Source of the DNA: Octopus sinensis | Taxonomy: Eukaryota | Direction of reading: 5' to 3' | DNA length: 64,000 nucleotides | NCBI RefSeq assembly: GCF_006345805.1 | Contig: NC_043006.1 | Location: forward strand, 7,254,001 to 7,318,000 | Part shown: positions 13,270 through 26,920 of the stretch, piece by piece | How the letters are laid out: each line of letters opens with the position of its first letter | Numbering within the stretch: the first letter of the stretch is position 1 | Program-made: the position numbers and the translations under genes | The notes under the pieces: generated by a model | What the model saw: the letters and a program-made list of their open reading frames with translations, nothing else | The model's database searches: none | What the model was told of the DNA's origin: nothing

Positions 13270-13621
13270 AGCAGGTTTCGTAGCCTTCAACTAACACTAT
13301 CTCCTCCGAGACCCGGCGCCGCAAGTTGACCAAAATTAAGAGTATGGTAGAAGGCTTCTCTTCATTCCGTAGAACCAAAAATTCAAATCAGACCATGTTA
13401 ACAGCAAAAATTATTTACATCAAAAAGGTCCTTTTTTCTATGAAAATCCCTATTTTTTACGATTTTTTTACTGCTGTGTCGCAATGTTTCGGTGTATTTC
13501 AAGAAGAAAAATGTTCACTTAAAGAGAATAACAAGCTACAAAATGCAACATTTTTACTTTTCAAAAATTCCAATTCTAAAGGGATGAAACAAACCCGAGC
13601 AACGCTGGGCGATGCTGCTAG
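13270..13621 (+). mobile_element. Non-autonomous Helitron-like 3' end
   Basis: GC hairpin cccgagc-aac-gctggg, then CTAG (13618-13621) and T. The 5' boundary is uncertain. Confidence 0.6.
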
Positions 13622-14970
13622 TTTATCATAACGCAGCTTAGCGAGATATTGTATTTAAATCCTTCGTCTTGGGATATAAAATAGACGTTAATTCATTATT
13701 GATGTTATGTATGTAGCAGCATAATTATTACATGTTCAGATGAAGCAATATTAAAATATTTCCAAATGCTCTTCATTAATTGGCTTACAAAAATGATTCT
13801 CTAGATTGGTCCCATTGCATTGTTTCAAGTTTGTTTCAGAATGTGAAATTCTCTGAGTATACCATATCCTGAATGTAAACTGCGTATTGATTTCTTACAA
13901 GAACATTTTAAGGAGAATATTGATTGCATTACCCTTACTATAGTGCTTCTGCTTCTGCTATTGACTCGAGAGAAATGAGGGGGAATATGAAACCGTAGGC
14001 ACATCATATCAAAATACATGCACCATTACATTTAATTAGAAGGTGAACCATTTCTTCCACTGTAGTAACTTCTGGTGTTCTGTTACTAAACTGTTCAGAT
14101 CTTACTAAGTTTTCTAAATAATATTTCTGTTGAATTCCTTAATTTCCCAATTGTAACAAACTATTGAACGATGTTCTGCTGTAGTGATGTTCTATACACT
14201 TCCCACCAACTGAATATACACTCTCTGTAAATAAGCGCTACTCACGTATACTGTCTTTGTTTATAAGCAACAGACGTGCTATATAATTGACGAGTGTCAC
14301 GCTGGCTGTAGTAATGCAAACGCAGCAGAAACCACGCCTTCCTATACCTCCTACGATATTCTGAAGATGTTTAATCTGAAATATCTACAATAGTCTTTTT
14401 ATTTTTACTTGATGGCTGACTTAATCAAAAATTGAAGTAGCTGTTATTTATATAGACCGATTTCACGAAGTGGTCATCGAAAACCCATAACAGTAGTCTC
14501 GAAATATCGATTTGTAACAGTAATGTAAATGAACACTAAGGTATGTGATGATCAATTTTGTTTTGTCACGAAGAGTAAATATTCGGCTAAAACTGGTTAT
14601 TTTAGATTCAAGGTTGTGAATGTATCTGAAAGAAAAAACAGTAAAGCAAATGTACGATGTAGTATGGGTTCTTTTATAATTTTCCTATTGATTCAGTTTA
14701 ATACTAGATGAGTTCTATTTATAAAATAGAAAAGGAAGACGACAGCGGCACATGTTGGATTCCTTAGTTGGGGGTGAGTAATGGAGAACATTGAACCATT
14801 ATACTCTTAGGTGTGTTCTTCATATACTTACACAACACATATGTGTGCATGCAAGGGCCCATAGGTAGGTGCGGGCGTGTGTATTTGTGTCTATGTATAT
14901 TTAACTGTTCTACAAAATAATTACTGATACTTCTGCTGAAAGTATGGCTAGAGCTACATTAGTTTGACCC

Positions 14971-15353
14971 GGAGGCGCAATGGCCCAGGGGTTAGGGCAG
15001 CGGACTCGCGGTCGTAGGATCGCGGTTTCGATTCCCAGACCGGGCGTTGTGAGTGTTTATTGAGCGAAAACACCTAAAGCTCCACGAGGCTCCGGCAGGG
15101 ATGGTGGTGATCCCTGCTGTACTCTTTCACCACAACTTTCTCTCACTCTTACTTCCTGTTTCTGTTGTACCTGTATTTCAAAGGGCCGGCCTTGTCACTC
15201 TCTGTGTCACGCTGAATATCCCCGAGAACTACGTTAAGGGTACACGTGTCTGTGGAGTGCTCAGCCACTTACACGTTAATTTCACGAGCAGGCTGTTCCG
15301 TTGATCGGATCAAGCGGAACCCTCGTCGTCGTAACCGACGGAGAGCTTCCATC
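14971..15353 (+). mobile_element. SINE group A, tail type 2, full length
   Basis: Perfect 14-bp TSD cattagtttgaccc (14957-14970 and 15354-15367). Terminal stem-loop cgtcg..cgacg. Confidence 0.95.
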
Positions 15354-15624
15354 CATTAGTTTGACCCAATTAAAATCTTTACATGTTGTTCAAATCAGCT
15401 AATGGAAGGAGAAAACCCATTCGGGTGTCATTACATTTCGGTATCGTAATACAACCTACAATCAAATTCGAATATACTGCGAACAAGAAAGGACAGAGAG
15501 ATTATATGACAAATAAGGATAAAGGAAGCTGATAAATTTCGAAGCTGTCCCAGTATTTATGACACGAAAATCGAAATATCGTGTCATAGAAACTAAAGAA
15601 TTTTTTGAAAAAATGTAACATATT

Positions 15625-16032
15625 AGGCGCAGGAGTGGCTGTGTGGTAAGTAGCTTGTTTACCAACCACATGGTTCCGGGTTCAGTTCCACTGCGTGGCA
15701 CCTTGAGCAAGCGTCTTCTACTATAGCCTCGGGCCGACCAAAGCCCTGTGAGTGGATTTGGTAGACGGAAACTGAAAGAAGCCCGTCGTATATATGTATA
15801 TATATATGAGTGTATGCGCGTCTGTGTTTGTCCCCCTAGCATTGCTTGACAACCGATGCTGGTGTGTTTATGTCCCCGTTACTTAGCGGTTCGGCAAAAG
15901 AGACCGATAGAATAAGTACTGGGCTTACAAAAGAATAAGTCCCGGGATCGAATTGCTCGATTAAAGGCGGTGCTCCAGCATGGCCGCAGTCAAATGACTG
16001 AAACAAGTAAAAGAGTAAAAGAGTAAAAGAGT
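15625..16032 (+). mobile_element. SINE group B, full length
   Basis: Head aggcgcaggagtggctgtgtggtaag through to an (aaaagagt)n tail. Confidence 0.95.
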
Positions 16033-16508
16033 ATATTAACATGTCAATAATTTTGTTACTGACAGAGAGTTTTATTCCGCAATAGGATTGGAAATGGCAT
16101 CTTTGTATTATTTAGAATATCATCCTTGACCATTTTGAAATAAGTAATGATAAGGCGTAGTTATTACTTTATAGTTAATGAATAACAGTCGCACAGTAAT
16201 TGTTCGTAGTTTGTAATTAAGATACTTGTCACTTTGACTTCTGACGCAGTTGAGAGGATCACATGGATATATTCAATATTAATCACCTTTGAAATATGAA
16301 AAGAAGAGAAGTCAATTATAACAGTGTTGATTACGAGACATGAGAATCTTGATGTAAATATATCGTAAAATTGATGTTGTTTTGTATTTCTTCGCCTTCA
16401 TTATTTTATGTTTGTAAAACTCTGGTTTATATTTTAAGTGTTTCAATATAAGATTTTCAGTTAATCAAAGAAATATTCTTATATAGAGATTTCGACCCAT
16501 TCAACTAT

Positions 16509-16524
16509 GCAATACATACATACA

Positions 16525-16558
<34 letters not shown>

Positions 16559-16620
16559 CTTACATACATACATACATATATACATACATACATACATACA
16601 TACATGCATACATACATACA

Positions 16621-16654
<34 letters not shown>

Positions 16655-16735
16655 CATACATACATACATACATACGTACGTACATACATGCACACACAAA
16701 CACACTCACGCACGCATATATAGATATATATATAC

Positions 16736-16806
<71 letters not shown>

Positions 16807-16808
16807 CC
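16509..16808. repeat. (TACA)n plus (TA)n microsatellite
   Basis: Direct reading; source of several spurious ORFs. Confidence 0.95.
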
Positions 16809-17377
16809 ACATACAAATACGTGGGAAATTTGACTGGTGACCGTTGTATATATAAATAAATTTAGATAGATAGTTATATAGGTAGATATATAGAGAGGCA
16901 TTGATATGAAATGTGTGTGCATGTTAATGTGTGTGAGTGTTATGTATGTGTGTCTATGTGTGTCTGTAAATATAAATATATAAAATGATATACATCATGT
17001 TGTATGTATGTGTGTGAAGCATATATCAAACAATATATTATTGTATATATATACAATAATATATTGTACTACAGCTGAGAATATCATTTAGGTACGAAAT
17101 TAATGTTGGGGATGCTCGGTTGGAGTAATTACCCCAGATATTGTGAGAACCGAAAGGCCGTCCCTAATTTTGCATTCGCAGCTATGTAGAACGATAATCT
17201 CCGATCAGTCAAAGAGAAATACAGGCAAATAAAAGGCAGTCAAATGTTTCGACATCTCCGCCTACCATACAACAATCGTAATTACACCTAATTAATCAAG
17301 TCAAAACCAACTCTATACTAAATGCAAAAAAGTATCACTGTTCCAAACAAAATGTAACTATAATTCACCTGTTAACA

Positions 17378-17704
17378 TTTATTTGTTTACGTCAATTGAC
17401 TGCGACCATGCCGGTGTACAGCCTCGAAGAGTTTTAGTCGAATAAATCGTCCATAGAAGTTATTTTTCAAGGCCAAATATTTATTCTATCGGCCACTTTT
17501 GCTGCACCACTAACTTAAGGGGACGTAAACACACCAACACTAGTTGTCACGCAGTAGTGGACATGAAACACAGACACAACCAAATACACTCTCAAGGCTT
17601 TGGTCGGCTCTGGGCAGTAGTAGAAGACGCTTGCCCTAGTGACATTGAACCCGGAACCATGTGGTTGGGAAACACGCCCCTTACCATACAACAAAGCCTG
17701 CACC
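17378..17704 (-). mobile_element. SINE group B, diverged, internally deleted
   Basis: Matches group B head and tail; the internal microsatellite block is missing. Confidence 0.85.
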
Positions 17705-17882
17705 ATTATACACACACACACACATATATATATATATTTATAAGTGTATATATGTATGCATGTGCATATATATATATGCATATATGTGTGTGTGTGTGTA
17801 TGTATATATATATATATGAGTTAGACATGCTATTAAGTTAGACATGGCCTGGACCAATCATTGGTCGAAACACATCTAACTT

Positions 17883-17989
<107 letters not shown>

Positions 17990-18597
17990 GTCTGTATAAG
18001 GGAGAGAGAGAAAGATAGAGAGGGAGAGAAGAAAGAAAGAAAGAAAGATATTTCTAGTCCCTTACCATTAAGAGAAATGTTAACTGTATATCTAATAAGA
18101 AAACCATTTTTTTGTTTGATTGTAACTTAATTCAAGTCGTTATATATTTGTAATGCTAAAGACGACTCTTCTTGTGATTTATCGAAATATGTGCCAATTC
18201 TTAATGTGAAAATTATCAGAAGAGGGAATAAGCAATTCTGGTGAAGTTAGTAGTATGTAAACAAATAATATGCTGAGATTCAAGAAAGAAAACAAAACAA
18301 ATATAAATATGTCCTTTGTTCATTGATCTCATGTTGAACTCGCGATCAATTAAGATTTACTAGAAACATTTTAACAGGTCAAAGAATAGGGAAATATATA
18401 TCGCTTTTATATTTAATATTGATTTCTTAAAATGCCTAATATATTCAAATTATTCGTAAAAAGTCAGTAGGTAATTTATATATTTCATATTTTATATGTG
18501 ATGTCGCAATTTGCGAACAGTTAATTTCGGGTTTTTGAACGACTGAATAACGAAGACTTATGTATAGAAATGCGCACGGTGAAATATAAGTGTATAT

Positions 18598-18643
<46 letters not shown>

Positions 18644-19039
18644 TGTGTGTGTGTGTTCTGAGACGACTAGAGTATGTGACTAAATCTCTCATTGTTATGT
18701 CGATCACAAGGAACATACAATGTGTTGCATTGCCTATTACTTTCCGCTACAGAAATGCAGGGAAAGTCTATTTCATGACAGGATTCTAAATTTTCTTTTC
18801 CCCACTTTTTTTTTCTTTGGAGTCAACCAAATTCTGAACACAAGATATAGATCAACAGCCGAGATGGTGGTGTATACAAACTATACTTGCGCCCCAGCCG
18901 TTAACGTACTGCAGTTTGGTTAGGGAAGAATCTGTCATGTATACATTCGGACATGCACAGACACACATATACAAACATCACACACAAACATTGCACACAA
19001 ACATTACATACACACTCGCATGAGAATTATGTATAACTT

Positions 19040-19040
<1 letters not shown>

Positions 19041-19104
<64 letters not shown>

Positions 19105-19141
19105 GTAGATAGATAGACAGAGAGAGTTAGATAGAGAGAGT

Positions 19142-19179
<38 letters not shown>

Positions 19180-19196
19180 AAGGTAGATAGATAGAT

Positions 19197-19248
<52 letters not shown>

Positions 19249-19262
19249 GTAGATATATAGAT
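19041..19262. repeat. (GATA)n microsatellite
   Basis: Direct reading. Confidence 0.95.
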
Positions 19263-19558
19263 TGTAGGCGGTTTCCGGAAAAAAGTAACGAGTAATCTTT
19301 ACCTTTCTGAGAATAAATAAATATATTTTAATATATTTATTAAAGATGGCTACTTTTTCATAAGTTTAAGCTTCATGCAGCCAAAGGCAATAATCGGAGG
19401 AACTTTTTTAGTGAAGTATATTCTGCAAGAGATGATTACTCTGTTACATTCGATATCGATGGATACGTCTTTTAAATATTTGGTTAGACTTCTGTAAAGT
19501 GAAACATCAGTGATACAAAATGCAATAATTTATGTATGCTAGAAATACGGAAATACGC

Positions 19559-19610
<52 letters not shown>

Positions 19611-19718
19611 CGCGCGCACAAATATGGTGTGTGTAGTTGCGAGAGTTTGTTCATATATATATATTATATACATATATATATATAATATATTATATATATA
19701 TATATATATATAATATAT

Positions 19719-19756
<38 letters not shown>

Positions 19757-20831
19757 CACACGCTGCAATTGTTCTTGTTTTAGCACACGATCTCGGATCA
19801 AGTCACTTGCTATGCAAGTATATCTCCGTAAACACGTCTCTACGATGCATAAACTGTAATGATTTGATGAGCTTGCGTATGGCTTTAATCACATATTGAA
19901 ACCAGCACATATGTCCCCTATGTATAAGGTACCCTGTAAACCATATTCAATGAATTTTTATGTTTCGCTACATTTCCAAATGCATTGTAAAACAAGAACA
20001 ATATTGAACTGAATTTAATAGGTAAATGGAAAAGGCGTGTAGTGTTGTAGAAGTGAAAATAAATTCTATATTAACTACTATTACACGCTGTTTTATTTGC
20101 TGAGAACCATGTCAGACACGGTTTGAATCGAGCCCTGTTACTACTATTTATTCTATTCGCGGTAAAGAAACAAAAATATTGGATCATGCGTGATTTATGT
20201 TTGTGTTTATAAAGACAACGAAAATCAATCGATTCGAGGGTGGGAGGCAACGACTAACTTTTACTCGTTCATGTGTTACTAAACGAAGGCGTGCTTTGCT
20301 GCTTATTTCATCCGACTGATTCTATTAAGATTAATGGTGATTTTTTTTTTTACTTATTTTATTGTGTATCTATACACGAAGTAATATATTAGCTTAAATG
20401 CTAGTTGAATAGAGAACACTGGAGCAAAGCAATACATACCATTGTGTCTCTAGACCGTCGCAACAGCACTGCGACATTTCAAACCAAAACTCGATTGCCA
20501 GTTTGTTAAAAGTTTGTAAATGCATCCAAAATTTTCAGAGAAAAATGGAATACAGGAGTTTTTATTTCTGAGCAAATTGTTGTGTAGTTTTAGTGGGGTC
20601 AGTCATTGGATTGCGGCCAAGCTGGGGCAACGCCTTCTCATAGTTGATTACAACAGCCCTGCTATTTACTCCTCACATGCACACACACGCATCCACGTAC
20701 ATATTATACACACATACATAGACAAACATACGCACACAAGGATAGATAGATAGATAGTTAGATAGATAGATAGAGAGACAGACAGACACAGAGAGAGACA
20801 GACAAACAGACAGATAGATAGATAGATAGAT

Positions 20832-21726
20832 ATGTTTCTTTATTAGCCACACAGGGCTGCACACAGATAGAACAAATTACAAGGTAGAGCTTTTCTTTTG
20901 AAGGTTTAAAAAAAATAAAAAAATAAAAAATAATAAAAAAAAATAAAAAATAAGAAAAAAATAAAATAAAAAAAAATAAAATAAAAGGGGGGGTCGATCA
21001 AAAGGTATCGTAAAAGGAGAAAGAGGACAAAAAAAGGGGGGTTAAAAAAAAAGGGGGAGAGGAAAAAAATTGATCAATAGGGATCGTTATCACAGAAATG
21101 TCAATATGAAGTGTAAAGGGGGGACAGGTTAGGTTTACCCTGGAAAGAAAAGCCTACGGAAAACCACGGTAACCTCGGTCAATGAAGTCACATGTTAATT
21201 TTCTTTTTTTTTTTTTTTTGCAAATAAGCAACTCTCTGTATTAATTTTTCGGTTCATAGAATCATAGTCATTCATACGTGCCATCCTTGCTACATTCACC
21301 CATCTTTTTTAAACATTACTATACAAAACTTGCCTCTCTACTCTCACTTTTTTCTTCAAGTGATACTTGAAGAAGTTGATGAGAGATTGACCAGAGAGGA
21401 AAGTGTTTGTCTCTAATCCTTTCAGACGCGTCCACCAATACATTCTTTCGCCATAGCCACAAGTATGATAAAAATAGCTCTTCCTTCCCGCTTGAAGGAA
21501 GGAGGCGTGACGATATTAACGATAGACTCGGCTGATAAACCGACACGTCCCACACGTGACAGCAGTCGTTCGACATAAGCCCACAGGTGGGAAATTGCTG
21601 GACACTGCACGATTGCGTGCAGAGCGGTTTCGTCGCTCTGCCGCATCTCGGGCAGTCGGCCCGGTTTCTCGAGCCATGCCTATAGAGCTTATCCCGAACG
21701 GGTAGCGCTTCTCGGTAGCACCGCCA
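20832..21726 (-). mobile_element. Tx1/L1-clade LINE 3' fragment within (GATA)n
   Basis: [39 protein letters not shown] is a CCHC/zf-RVT-like motif. T-rich UTR, then aataaagaaacat joined to (ATCT)n. GATA repeats on both flanks. Confidence 0.88.
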
Positions 21727-21763
21727 ATAGATAGATAGATAGGTAGGTAGATAGGTAGGTAGG

Positions 21764-21818
<55 letters not shown>

Positions 21819-21867
21819 GTAGGTAGATAGGTAGGTAGGTAGATAGATAGATAGATAGATAGATAGG

Positions 21868-21946
<79 letters not shown>

Positions 21947-21991
21947 GTAGGTAGATAGGTAGATAGGTAGGTAGGTAGATAGATAGATAGG

Positions 21992-22030
<39 letters not shown>

Positions 22031-22089
22031 GTAGGTAGGTAGGTAGATAGGTAGGTAGGTAGGTAGGTAGATAGATAGATAGATAGATA
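21727..22089. repeat. (GATA/GGTA)n array, about 360 bp
   Basis: Direct reading. Confidence 0.95.
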
Positions 22090-23014
22090 ATAATGCAGAA
22101 TAATTTCTCTATGTAGATGTGTGTGCTTGCTTGTATGTGTATATGTGTTTACATATTTGAGTACACATGAATTTCGTGGGCCGAAACTCTGCTACAAAAT
22201 ATAGTAGAATGTGCATAATGCAGTCAGATACATACGCGCGCGTACACACAAGCACACACATAAACAAATACACATGTATACACATCCGCATATATATATA
22301 TATACACATATATATATACACATATATATATATGCATACATATATATATATATAATTATATAACACAATAACTGAGAGTGGCCAGTAGGAAGGATTTGAA
22401 GAACGAAGGCGAATAAGACATACAAGATGAGTTCTTGATTCGTTAAAATCAAACCTAGTTTCAGAGCAGGTAGAGCAATGGCCAGGATGTATTTCGTACT
22501 AACTCCAGATGAAAAGGCGATATAATATCAAAAGTCAAGCATTCACCATGTCATTAAATAAAAAAGCAGTTGAATTATATTCAACAAACAAGGCACTTAG
22601 ACTTTTACAGAAAAAGAATACAACACATTTATGGCATCCTTAATTTGCATAAATGAAAGCAGAAATAAGTAAATAAAATCGAGTAGCTACTGCTATGTTT
22701 ATAAACACAGATATAAATATGAAAATATACGAAATATGATACATACAGGGGGCACACCAATCTAGCATATATATATATATACATATACAAATTTAAACGA
22801 GGCAAAGCATTTCTAAATGCAAAGTCAGAAATCCGGGATCTAGAATAATCCAGTAATTTTTTACTAGTTTCATCTTGTCTCTTTGTCTTTTCTCCATGTT
22901 GCTATATGAAAACTTAAGGTGGTTTTAGAGTCGGTTCATGGCTGTTATTTTCAGCATGGTGGTATCTCGTAGATACCCTAATTTATACTTTTATATATAT
23001 ATATATATATATAT

Positions 23015-23330
23015 AAGATACAAAATGGGATAAGAACGCAAAACATTCAGACAACTAGGTCATACAGAAAGGGGACAACAAAACATCCAGATAGACGATG
23101 CAGAAAAAACAAAGACGGGTCATTCGAAGCTTTCTATCCTCAGTGAAGAACCGGATCATCCTCGCAATTTCGGCTGATTAATCTCGAGATTGCTCCAATC
23201 TGGCCAAGGAAAAACTAAGCTAAGAGCATTAGACTCCTCGGAAGAAAGCATCAGTTGTATACGAAAACAAGGACCGAAAAACAGACGATGTTGCACAAAT
23301 ATAAATACAAAATACAATAGAAATAATAAT
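23015..23330 (-). mobile_element. Short interspersed repeat, possibly a Penelope-type terminal segment
   Basis: Bounded by (TA)n. Contains ctgaggatagaaagc and a degenerate ccgaggagtctaatgctc. The family call is an inference. Confidence 0.4.
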
Positions 23331-24023
23331 AATAGTAATACATATATATATATCTTTGTGTAAGTGTGTGTGTCAATGGATAGACAGATTGAGATACTCA
23401 CTCACACACACACAGCATCAGTTTTTGAAAGCAATCAGTCTCACAATTTTCAAACACAAAGCTTTAGACAATCTGACAATACAGGAGAAATCACTTTCTG
23501 AAGACAGCAAGAATCGGGATCGAAGGTGGATCCCTATGGATCCTTGTGGATCCGAAGCGAAATTCTTAGCTATACGTCAATGCCTGAGAAATTTTTTTGT
23601 TGAGAATGCTAGTTAGCTGATTTGAGTTGCATAAATATCTAAATATGCTTCAGCAAGTTGAAAAGAAATCGATATATGCAGTGTAACATGTTCAAACCTG
23701 CAGTCGTAACTGCTCGCATGACTCCTTCTCTGAAAGCCTATTACCACACAGATCGAATGTAGATTATTAAAAATGTACTCTTTCCTTTGTGCAAATAGCA
23801 TAATCAAGTTGAGGAATTGAGTTTTGTTAGGGGTGCGTCTTTTCATCATAATGCACAAAATAGATACGCAGTATTGGACTGGATTGGAAAATGTGCACAC
23901 ATAGCTATATACATACAACCACATACTCACAGTGTGTATGTGAATATTCATATGTCTATAGACATAAATCTAACTAATAAGAAAGCATATACTGTATATC
24001 GATTATATGCATATACAAATATA

Positions 24024-24090
<67 letters not shown>

Positions 24091-24769
24091 ATGTATATAT
24101 ATCAGTCTTCGTAGTCTATGAGATATATGCAAATATCTATCACAGATTCTTAATTATACACAATATATTAGATATTTTTGTTCAAGAGGGGGTTTATACT
24201 ACGTACACGAGAATATATTTATTATCGAACCTGCATATGGATGTGGCGTATACGAATGTGTGTGTGATTGTGCATCGGTTGTTCGTTCCAATCAATATGT
24301 TGCTTCATATAAAACTGGATCGGTTAAGAAATGCTGTATTTACCACAAAAAATAAAATAATTAAATCTAGGATAAGTATATTCAGTGTTTTTTCATTGAA
24401 GCTTGCATCAAATATACAAATTTATGCAGGATCATTCCAGCATAATCACTAAGCTGTGAGTTTTGATGCAGGTAGCGTTATTAATAACAATGCAGTAACC
24501 ATAATTAGACAACGCCTAGCTAATTACCCAATCTACCGAAGCAAAATATGAATGGATTGAGCAAATGGATTGCAATCTTGATCACAGTTGGAGGTATATC
24601 TCTAAACTTTACATCCCAATTCTCCCTTCATCGAAACGAATGTCATACTATAACATTTTTCTTCCCTTTTGATATGGAGCCATTCTATCTATGATAAAGA
24701 AAGTTTGTTCACACAAATATCATGTGTTGAGGAATAAGTGGGATATTCCTGATTGCGTGCGTATGCCTG

Positions 24770-25022
24770 TATGTGTATATATGTCTGTCTGTCTGTATGT
24801 ATGTATATATGCATGTATGTGTGTATGCATGTATGTATGTATATATGTATGTATATATGTATGTATATATGTATGTATATAAGTATGCATATATATATGT
24901 ATGTATATATGAATGTATGTATATATGTATGTATTATGTATATATGTATATATGTATGTATGAATATATGTATGTATATATGCATGTATATATATATATA
25001 TGTATGTATATATGTATGTATG

Positions 25023-25056
<34 letters not shown>

Positions 25057-25130
25057 TATATGTATATATGTATGTATGAATATATGTATGTATATATGCA
25101 TGTATATATATATGTATGTATGTATGTATG

Positions 25131-25161
<31 letters not shown>

Positions 25162-25226
25162 CTATGTATGTATGTATGTATGTATGTATGTATGTATGTA
25201 TGTGTGTATGTATGTGTGCATGTGTG
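24770..25226. repeat. (TATG)n/(TA)n compound microsatellite
   Basis: Direct reading. Confidence 0.95.
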
Positions 25227-25882
25227 TACATCGGACGAACACATTGTTGTGGACAGTGTGGCTATCATGTTTTGAATTCTCCAACCAGGCTTCAACCGAA
25301 TTACAGCAGGTCTCATTGATTGATATCAAAGATAATATCATAGTTTGTGCTTCGTTTAATATTCGGATGAAGGGAATTGAAAATTCAATAGAGAACGATT
25401 CAATTGTACACGTTTTGAATAATTAAACTTTACTGTTATTTATGAACGCAGCCTCGTTCTCCGATAAGGATATATACATCAAAAGATATCTACAGAATAT
25501 ATTTAGATTTACGTCATTGATTTTACCGAAGAGAATAGGAGACCTTTTAATGTTTGTAATACTAATGATATCGCTCGCTAGATTCAGTGCTCTTATTGTG
25601 AAGCCATTTAAACATACATATTACTTTATTCAAAGAGAAACGAACTCCTTCATGAACTACTCCTTCTTTGTTATACGCAGCAATAGGCAATCACATATAT
25701 AAAATACCCAAGAACGCAGAACAGTTTAATATTTCATATGCAGTACATAAACACTTGTTATTATGTAGTCCTTCAGCAAAATATTCCGTTATTTCATTTG
25801 TAACTATTATTTTCTTCGGGATTTCTTAATCTAAATCTTGTACTTAAATCAGTTTTTTACTCATTTCGATTTAGCGTATAAA

Positions 25883-26285
25883 TACTCTTTTACTCTTTTA
25901 CTTGTTTCAGTCATTTGAGTGCGGCCATGCTGGAGCACCGCCTTCAGTCGAGCAAATCGACCCCGGGACTTATTCTTTGTAAGCTCAGTACTTATTCTAT
26001 CGGTCACTTTTTGCCGAACCGGGGACGTAAACACACCAGCATCGGTTGTCAAGCAATGCTAGGGGGACAAACACAGACACACAAACACACACACACACAC
26101 ATACACACATATATATATACATATATACGACAGGCTTCTTTCAGTTTCCGTCTACCAAATCCACTCACAAGGCTTTGGTCGGCCCGGGGCTATAGCAGAA
26201 GACACTTGCCCAAGATGCCACGCAGTGGGACTGAACCCGGAACCATGTGGTTGGTTAGCAAGCTACTTACCACACAGCCACTCCT
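25883..26285 (-). mobile_element. SINE group B, near full length
   Basis: Reverse complement of the 15625 copy. Confidence 0.95.
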
Positions 26286-26514
26286 TTTTATCTGAAATTT
26301 AGTAAACAACTGCTACATAGTTTCTATAACAATATAGAGAATATTCCCAGACTTCGAAACCTCTTCTCAGAATATCATGTAAAATAAACGTATCATACTA
26401 AAAATATTTACAGCTCGCTTCAGGTGATGAAGAATTACTATAAGTATTCAATAACGAAAAGCAATAGTTCAATATATTAACATTATTTCAGTTATGTCTA
26501 ATAAATTCATAAAT

Positions 26515-26920
26515 AGGCGCAGGAGTAGCAGTGTGGTAAGTAGCTTGCTTACCAACCACATGGTTCCGGGTTCAGTCCCACTGCGTGGCATCTTGGGCAA
26601 GTGTCTTCTGCTATAGCCCCGGGCCGACCAATGCCTTGTGAGTGGATTTGGTAGACGGAAACTGAAAGAAGCCTGTCGTATATATATATATATATATATA
26701 TATATGGGGGGGTGTCTGTGTTTGTCCCCCTAGCATTGCTTGACAACCGATGCTTGTGTGTTTACGTCCCCGTCACTTAGCGGTTCGGCAAAAGGGACCG
26801 ATGGAATAAGTACTGGGCTTACAAAGAATAAGTCCCGGGGCCGATTTGATCGACTAAATGCGGTGCTCCAGCATGGCCGCAGTCAAATGACTGAAACAAG
26901 TTAAAGATAAAGATAAAAGA
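26515..26920 (+). mobile_element. SINE group B, full length
   Basis: Consensus-like head and tail; internal (TA)n plus a G run. Confidence 0.95.

Noticed and set aside
14971-15050. tRNA gene
   Set aside because: It is a tRNA-like SINE head continuous with a repeated body and enclosed by a TSD.
15462-15842. Recurring ORFs (MLGGQTQT..., MSSNARGTNT..., ...AGAPPL...)
   Set aside because: They recur only because they are frames through SINE-B copies.
16501-16922. Long ORFs such as MYVCMYV.../HTYIHT... here and at 24.7-25.4, 35.2-36.0 and 52.3-56.9 kb
   Set aside because: They are translations of stop-free microsatellites with no coding signal.
25230-25426. Protein-like end of the 217-aa ORF ([14 protein letters not shown]...)
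   Set aside because: No recognised domain and no matching splice-site pair; the length is within chance.
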